A model generated the notes under the pieces. The model saw only the letters and a program-made list of their open reading frames with translations. It was not told the origin of the DNA and did no database searches. The translations under genes and the position numbers were made by a program. From assembly GCA_035285545.1 (NCBI GenBank), contig JAYKGY010000066.1:1-49182 (forward strand): a stretch of 49,182 nt of DNA, written 5' to 3'. The stretch is from Snowella sp. (GTDB lineage: Bacteria; Cyanobacteriota; Cyanobacteriia; Cyanobacteriales; Microcystaceae). This document shows, one piece after another, positions 43,564 to 49,182 of the stretch. Numbering within the stretch: the first letter of the stretch is position 1; each line of letters opens with the position of its first letter.

Positions 43564-43656
43564 TTTTTTAACTGGCTATTTAATGAGATAAATTAAACTT
43601 TTTAAACATTTTCCTTAATTTAATAAACAAATTCTCTCTAGTTTTTTAAATCTCTC

Positions 43657-44220
43657 ATGGTACAAACCCCTTCTAAAATCTTAACCCTAGAAGCCTTTCT
43701 AGCTACTCCTGAAACTAAACCTGCCAGTGAATATATTGACGGTAAAATCATTCAAAAACCTATGCCTCAAGGTGAACATAGTACTATTCAAGGTGAATTA
43801 CTGATTGCCATTAATGCAGTTACTAAACCTCAAAAAATAGCACGAGCTTTTCCAGAACTACGATGTATTTTTGCCAATAGAGCGATTGTTCCAGATATTG
43901 CTGTTTTTTGCTGGGATAGGATTCCTCGTAATGAAGCGGGAGGGATTGCTAATCTTTTTGCGATCGCGCCTGACTGGATCATTGAAATTCTTTCTCCTGA
44001 ACAAAGTTCAACTCAAGTGATTGCTAAAATTCTCCATAGCCTCAAGCATGGAACCCAACTCGGTTGGTTAATTGATCCCAAGGAAAAAGCTATCTTTATT
44101 TTTTACCCTAATCAATCTCTCGACTGGATTGATCAACCAGAGCAATTACTTCCTGTCCCAGATTTTGCCAGTAATTTACAACTAACGTTAGAAGACATTT
44201 TTAATTGGTTATTAGAATAA
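43657..44220 (+). CDS. Uma2-family endonuclease
   Basis: PETKPASEYIDG, VPDIAV, PDWIIEILSP, GWLIDP. Confidence 0.92.
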   Translation: MVQTPSKILTLEAFLATPETKPASEYIDGKIIQKPMPQGEHSTIQGELLIAINAVTKPQKIARAFPELRCIFANRAIVPDIAVFCWDRIPRNEAGGIANLFAIAPDWIIEILSPEQSSTQVIAKILHSLKHGTQLGWLIDPKEKAIFIFYPNQSLDWIDQPEQLLPVPDFASNLQLTLEDIFNWLLE

Positions 44221-44221
44221 A

Positions 44222-44998
44222 TTAACGGGAATAATATAAAGCGCAGAAATGCAAAACTTTATTTAAATCATTAGTCTGCTGGGGATAACTAATTTTGGGG
44301 CGAGAAATAATGATTAAAGGAATTCCCAATTGTTGAGAAACTACTTGTTTAATCTCTTCTCCTCCTGCTTGACCAGAAGCTTTACTAACCGCTAAAGAAA
44401 TATTCCATTGTTGCCATAAAGCTGTTTCTAGTTCAGCGTTAATTGGCGGACGAATAGCAATTAATCGATCTGGGGTAAACCCCGATTCCAAAGCAATTTT
44501 AATTGATTCCAGATTGGGCAAAATTCGAGCAAATAAAGTAGCTTGCGATTGCCATTGTCTAAACTTCGGTAAAGCCTTACATCCGATGGTCAATAAAACC
44601 CGTTGATTGGTTAAATAATTTCCCTTTAATAGCGTGTCAACGCTATCTAACTCAATAACGTTCCTGTTGGACAATACTTCTGCCCGTTCATAGCGTAAAT
44701 AGGGAATTTGTAGCCGTTCGACAATTTGAATAACTGCCTGAGAAATCGCGATCGCGTAGGGATGGGAAGCATCAACAATGGCAATAATTTGCTCCTGTTC
44801 AATAAAAATCAAAATTTGAGACTCGTTTAATTGGCCAACCTGAACCCGTAAATAGGGCGAAACAGGATAAAGCTTAACCGCTTCGGGAGTGGTAACCGTG
44901 ATCGTACAGGGGAATTGATGAGCCGCGATCGCCTGAGCCAAAACCGCACTTTCACTCGTCCCCCCAATTAACCAAAGTCTCTGCTGAGAGCCTAACAT
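44222..44998 (-). CDS. cobK: Cobalt-precorrin-6A reductase
   Basis: LIGGTSES, VDASHPYA, YLRYER, KASG..GG...K. Confidence 0.93.
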   Translation of the reverse strand: MLGSQQRLWLIGGTSESAVLAQAIAAHQFPCTITVTTPEAVKLYPVSPYLRVQVGQLNESQILIFIEQEQIIAIVDASHPYAIAISQAVIQIVERLQIPYLRYERAEVLSNRNVIELDSVDTLLKGNYLTNQRVLLTIGCKALPKFRQWQSQATLFARILPNLESIKIALESGFTPDRLIAIRPPINAELETALWQQWNISLAVSKASGQAGGEEIKQVVSQQLGIPLIIISRPKISYPQQTNDLNKVLHFCALYYSR

Positions 44999-45007
44999 GA
45001 CAAGAAG

Positions 45008-45355
45008 CTAACCAACTTCATGATAATAACGCTCTAGTTCGATGCTATTTTCGCCATAGACCCCTTCGATTTGTTGTTCGCAGCAATCTATGGCAAACGC
45101 ATTAAACTCCTCTAAAGACACCTTAAACATCTGCTCAAAGGTTTCAGGTAAAACTCGACAAAAACGGGGACGTTCATCGTAAATCCGACATTCCCGTGTT
45201 TCTGGATCAAAATTAATACACCAGCCCCCTTCTCCCACCAAGCTTAGATACAGGCTCAGTTCCTCTGGGGATAGATAGTTTTCTAAATCGGGGCGATCGC
45301 TGGGATCGAGATTACAACAAGCTCCACACCCCTTAATACATTGCCAAGTTGCCAT
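45008..45355 (-). CDS. YkgJ-family cysteine cluster protein
   Basis: CIKGCGACC, WC, CRIYDERPRFCR, CC. Confidence 0.88.
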   Translation of the reverse strand: MATWQCIKGCGACCNLDPSDRPDLENYLSPEELSLYLSLVGEGGWCINFDPETRECRIYDERPRFCRVLPETFEQMFKVSLEEFNAFAIDCCEQQIEGVYGENSIELERYYHEVG

Positions 45356-45519
45356 TTGAAAGTCCTCCAATATCTGAATTTACAGCCCTTAACAAAACTT
45401 TATGAACATTCGTGTCTTTTTTGAAAAAGAGCGAAACCATCCCAAGGTATTATAGACAGTGGTTTTCTTGGTGTTTTGTTTTATCACGTTAATACCACTG
45501 GTGATTTTCAGGAGAAAAT

Positions 45520-45639
45520 ATGGATTTAATAGCCGCTCTTAATTTAGAACCTATTTTTCAGTTAACCTTTGTGGCTCTCATTTTGATTGCTGGCCCCGTC
45601 GTCATCTTTTTGTTGGCGTTTCGCGGCGGCGACCTCTAA
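45520..45639 (+). CDS. psb30: Photosystem II reaction centre protein Psb30/Ycf12 (not in ORF track)
   Basis: [47 protein letters not shown]. Confidence 0.95.
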   Translation: MDLIAALNLEPIFQLTFVALILIAGPVVIFLLAFRGGDL

Positions 45640-45673
45640 AATCACAGCTTCTGTTTCTCGGTTGCTGTAATTT

Positions 45674-45702
45674 AGCCTTCCTCCTAGTCAGGGAGGTTTT
45701 TT
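45674..45702 (+). terminator. Intrinsic terminator after psb30
   Basis: GCCTTCCT/AGGGAGGT stem followed by a T run. Confidence 0.65.
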
Positions 45703-46347
45703 ATAGGGAATTTGAAAAAGTGGCTAAGCGGCGATCGCCACTCTAATATCCTTAATCTATTGTTTGAGATATCAATAAAAAAAGCAAGAATAATTGCCAA
45801 AAAGGTTTATCGACTTCATCATTCTTGATTAAAAAAAAAAAAGACGTTCAAATCATCATTAGCAAGGTTAAATAAGCTACAGACGAAGTAAAATGAACAA
45901 GTTTAAATTTATTTTTAAAAATAACTTGCCGATTTTGATAAACCCGTGTACGATAGACCCCTAGTTGTGATGAAATGAATCTTCACAATTTAGTTGAATC
46001 TGTAAAGTTCAACATAATAAATATTATTTTTGTCCCAGCATTTTTTGCTGTAAGTTTTTTTGAGAAGACACCATTTGAGTGCACTCTAAAGCTTTAGGAA
46101 GTAAGTTTTTTAGTCTCTATTTTCGTATTTTTGAGTAAATATTACTAGATATAGAGAGTTTAAAAAATACGAGAAAGAGCAAGTATTATATCTTTTTATC
46201 AAGATAAAATTCTACTGTTTTCTGAATCATTGATTCAGACTTCTACTATTCTAATTAACTAAATTAGCTAAATTAACAATTGATCCCAACAAGGCAAATA
46301 ATTAATTCACTGACAACCTACTTTTTAGTTCTAGTTTAGTTAGGATT

Positions 46348-47145
46348 ATGACATTATCTATCCCTGTAGCAATTTTATGTGGCGGAAAAGGAACTCGTTT
46401 GCGTGAAGAAACAGAGTTTCGTCCAAAACCCATGATAAACGTAGGCGATCGCCCGATGATCTGGCACATCATGAAGACTTACGCTCATTTTGGATTCAAA
46501 GATTTTATGTTGTGTATGGGTTATAAGGGAGAACAAATCAGAGATTATTTCATTAATTATGACTGGAACCATAGTGATATATTGTTAGAGCTAGGGAACA
46601 AAAGTATTACTAAGTTGAATAGTGGTCACGATGAAGAAGATTGGAGATTGTGGTTAATCGATACTGGGCAAGAAACTTTAACAGGTGGAAGATTAAAGCG
46701 ATTAGCCCCCTATCTAGACAAAATTGGAACCGATCTTTTTTTAGCAACCTATGGGGATGGCGTGGCGGATGTCGATATTAAAGCCTTAGTTGACTATCAT
46801 AAAAGTCACGGTAAATTAGCAACAGTAACAGCCGTCCGTCCTCCCTCTCGTTTTGGCGAAATGGTTATTCAGGATCAACTGGTAGGCACTTTCAAAGAAA
46901 AGCCGCAAACTAGCGAAGGTTGGATCAATGGTGGTTATTTCGTTCTCCATCGAAAAGTTCTAGACCTAATTCAGGATGACAGCACTGTTTTTGAGGCTGA
47001 ACCATTACACATTCTGGCCGAAAAGGGAGAACTTGCTGTCTATCAGCATCAAGGTTTTTGGCAATGTATGGACACCTACCGAGAATTAGAACTTCTCAAT
47101 GATCTTCATCACAAGAATCAAGCTCCTTGGCAGGTGTGGCGATGA
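46348..47145 (+). CDS. rfbF: Glucose-1-phosphate cytidylyltransferase
   Basis: LCGGKGTRLREETEFRPKPM, TGGRLKR, TYGDGV, GFWQCMDT. Confidence 0.96.
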   Translation: MTLSIPVAILCGGKGTRLREETEFRPKPMINVGDRPMIWHIMKTYAHFGFKDFMLCMGYKGEQIRDYFINYDWNHSDILLELGNKSITKLNSGHDEEDWRLWLIDTGQETLTGGRLKRLAPYLDKIGTDLFLATYGDGVADVDIKALVDYHKSHGKLATVTAVRPPSRFGEMVIQDQLVGTFKEKPQTSEGWINGGYFVLHRKVLDLIQDDSTVFEAEPLHILAEKGELAVYQHQGFWQCMDTYRELELLNDLHHKNQAPWQVWR

Positions 47146-48233
47146 ATGTGAGTTTTTGGGAAGGAAAAAAAGTCTTCTTAACAGGACATACGGGATTTAA
47201 AGGATCTTGGCTTTCTACTTGGCTCTTAGAGCTAGGAGCGGAAGTTATTGGTCTGAGCTTACCGCCCAATACTCAACCCGCTTTATTTGAACAATTAGAA
47301 CTAGATAAACATCTCACCCATCATTTAGGGGATATTCGAGATGCTAATTTAGTTTCTAGACTTATCCAAGAATCCCAACCTGATATTGTTTTTCACCTAG
47401 CTGCTCAACCCTTGGTTAGGCTTTCCTATGTGGAACCTGTTGAGACATGGAATGCCAACGTCATGGGAACAATTCATGTCCTAGAAGCTCTCAGAAAAAT
47501 TAATCATCCTTGTGTTGGAATTTTTATTACAACCGATAAGTGTTACGAAAATCGAGAGTGGGTCTATGGATATCGAGAAAACGATCATTTAGGTGGACGG
47601 GATCCCTACAGCTCTAGTAAAGCAGGGGCCGAATTAGCGATCGCCTCTTGGAGAAATTCTTTTTTTAGTGATAGTAAATGCCCCGTTAAAATTGCTAGTG
47701 TCAGAGCAGGTAATGTAATTGGAGGCGGTGATTGGGCAAAGGATCGCATTGTCCCTGATGCTATCCGTTCCCTTCAAAAGAAAGAAAAAATTCCTGTTCG
47801 TAATCCCCAAGCCACCCGACCCTGGCAACACGTTTTAGAGCCATTAAGTGGCTATTTACTTTTAGCTGAAGAAATTTATCAGGCTCTAACTAAACATAAC
47901 TTAGAGAGATTAACTCAGCTTTGTACCGCCTTTAACTTTGGCCCATTGCTTAGTTCCAATAGAACAGTAGAAGATTTAGTTTTGGAAATACTGTGTCATT
48001 GGCCCGGAAATTGGCAAGATCAATCTGACCCCAATGCCCCCCATGAAGCGGGTTTACTTAATCTAGTAACGGACAAAGCCTACCATCAGTTGGGATGGCA
48101 ACCTCGTTGGAATTTTGAAACGACGATTAAGCGCACAGTTAATTGGTATTATCAAACCTTCGAGGATCCTTCAACAACCCCAGCGAATGTCTTAGCTGAT
48201 ATTGTGGCCTATTCCCAAGCTTTAATTCAATAA
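47142..48233 (+). CDS. rfbG: CDP-glucose 4,6-dehydratase
   Basis: TGHTGFKGSWL, HLAAQPLVR, TTDKCYEN, DPYSSSK and RPWQHVLEP; ATGA overlap with rfbF. Confidence 0.96.
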   Translation: MNVSFWEGKKVFLTGHTGFKGSWLSTWLLELGAEVIGLSLPPNTQPALFEQLELDKHLTHHLGDIRDANLVSRLIQESQPDIVFHLAAQPLVRLSYVEPVETWNANVMGTIHVLEALRKINHPCVGIFITTDKCYENREWVYGYRENDHLGGRDPYSSSKAGAELAIASWRNSFFSDSKCPVKIASVRAGNVIGGGDWAKDRIVPDAIRSLQKKEKIPVRNPQATRPWQHVLEPLSGYLLLAEEIYQALTKHNLERLTQLCTAFNFGPLLSSNRTVEDLVLEILCHWPGNWQDQSDPNAPHEAGLLNLVTDKAYHQLGWQPRWNFETTIKRTVNWYYQTFEDPSTTPANVLADIVAYSQALIQ

Positions 48234-48258
48234 ATTTTCAATTATTTCTAATGAAATT

Positions 48259-48453
48259 ATGAGCATTACGATTCTTAAAGAGGGCGATACCGTTCGCCTA
48301 CTACAGAGTGATATCCAAATTCCAGAAGGCGAACCCATTATTCTATTTACAAAAGAAGAAATGATCCAGCAAATCCAAGATGAATGGGTCAACTTACAAA
48401 TGCCCAGTTTTGTTCGGGATGATGAAGATGAAGATGGGGAGGAATTATTTTGA
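48259..48453 (+). CDS. Small acidic protein, putative antitoxin
   Basis: 64 aa with a very acidic C-terminus (DDEDEDGEELF). Its stop overlaps the start of the MazF-like ORF (TTGA). Confidence 0.6.
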   Translation: MSITILKEGDTVRLLQSDIQIPEGEPIILFTKEEMIQQIQDEWVNLQMPSFVRDDEDEDGEELF

Positions 48454-49182
48454 ATTTACAAGGTCAATTAGTCTATATCGTCTGGCCTTTTGCTGAAATA
48501 GAAAGCAGTAAAAAACGTCCTGCATTAATCTTAACCGAACCTGATTCCCAGGGAGATATCACTTTATTAAAGATCACGGGTAAGAGCAACTATGAAAATA
48601 GTCTTCCAATTACGCAAAAAGATTTAGCGTCTGGAATCCTTAAAAAAGACTCTTACATTCGTATTGATCGAATTATTTCTGTTCATCAATCTCAAATAAA
48701 AGGACTAGGAATTCAACTAAAATCTGAAAAATTAGCCGAAGTGCACCGTGCTTTGGTTTTATTAAATACCCGTCAATTTTCTCACCTCAAGCATCTTCAA
48801 AATAGACCAGCAATTGATCCTTTACGTCCCACTTTTTCAGAGGGAAGTGTTCCCTATGCAGGACGAGTATTCACTAGTGAGGAAGTAGAAGCGGCCATTT
48901 CTACTACTTTAGATTTTTGGTTAACCTTAGGTGTTGAAGGAGCAGCCTTTGAGAAAGAATTAGCTACTTTTTTAGGTGTTCATTACTCTTTAGCTGTTAA
49001 TTCAGGATCATCCGCTAATTTAATCGCCTTGAGTGCGTTAACTTCTCCTTTGATTGAAGAATCTAGAAGACTTAAAAAAGGAGATGAGGTTATTACCTGT
49101 GCCGCAGGATTTCCAACAACAGTCTCTCCAATCATTCAAAATGGCTGTATCCCAGTTTTTATTGATAATGACCCTGTTACCA
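48450..49182 (+). CDS. rfbH: Fusion of a MazF/PemK-like domain and RfbH (CDP-4-keto-6-deoxyglucose 3-dehydratase-like, DegT family), 3'-partial
   Basis: Translated by hand from TTG 48450 with no stop to the window end: MNLQGQLVYIVWPFAEIESSKKRPALIL...ITG...GILKKDSYIRIDRI...LKSEKLAEV, then VPYAGRVF...LDFWLTLG...VNSGSSANL...GDEVITCAAGFPTTVSPIIQNG. Confidence 0.85.
   Translation, partial: MNLQGQLVYIVWPFAEIESSKKRPALILTEPDSQGDITLLKITGKSNYENSLPITQKDLASGILKKDSYIRIDRIISVHQSQIKGLGIQLKSEKLAEVHRALVLLNTRQFSHLKHLQNRPAIDPLRPTFSEGSVPYAGRVFTSEEVEAAISTTLDFWLTLGVEGAAFEKELATFLGVHYSLAVNSGSSANLIALSALTSPLIEESRRLKKGDEVITCAAGFPTTVSPIIQNGCIPVFIDNDPVT

Overview
This is a chromosomal window from a cyanobacterium. HIP1 octamers (GCGATCGC) are frequent, and petH, prk and psb30 are present; it is probably a unicellular or colonial Chroococcales-type organism (inference). 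From left to right it holds: a two-component signalling cluster, an AraC regulator, an alkene reductase, purU, a CPBP protease, and a Bell-like protein plus NACHT pair that share an amyloid-type motif. Next come a nucleobase ABC transporter with biuret and triuret hydrolases and 8-oxoguanine deaminase, then a 51-repeat CRISPR array (minus-strand orientation). The array sits next to a 490-aa TnpB-like RuvC protein, with a structured candidate tracrRNA between them and no cas1/cas2/tnpA in the window. After housekeeping genes (hpnA, murG, petH, prk, dnaG, cobK, psb30), the window ends in a CDP-sugar cluster (rfbF, rfbG, rfbH). The three strongest signals are: (1) a compact type V (C2c8/V-U2-like) CRISPR locus with a split anti-repeat tracrRNA and a type I-D-style repeat and leader; (2) a MazF/PemK-like domain fused in frame to RfbH, behind an antitoxin-like ORF; (3) a Bell/BASS-like amyloid signalling pair whose NLR ends in transmembrane helices. 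All family calls come from motifs and recalled sequences, and no database search was run.
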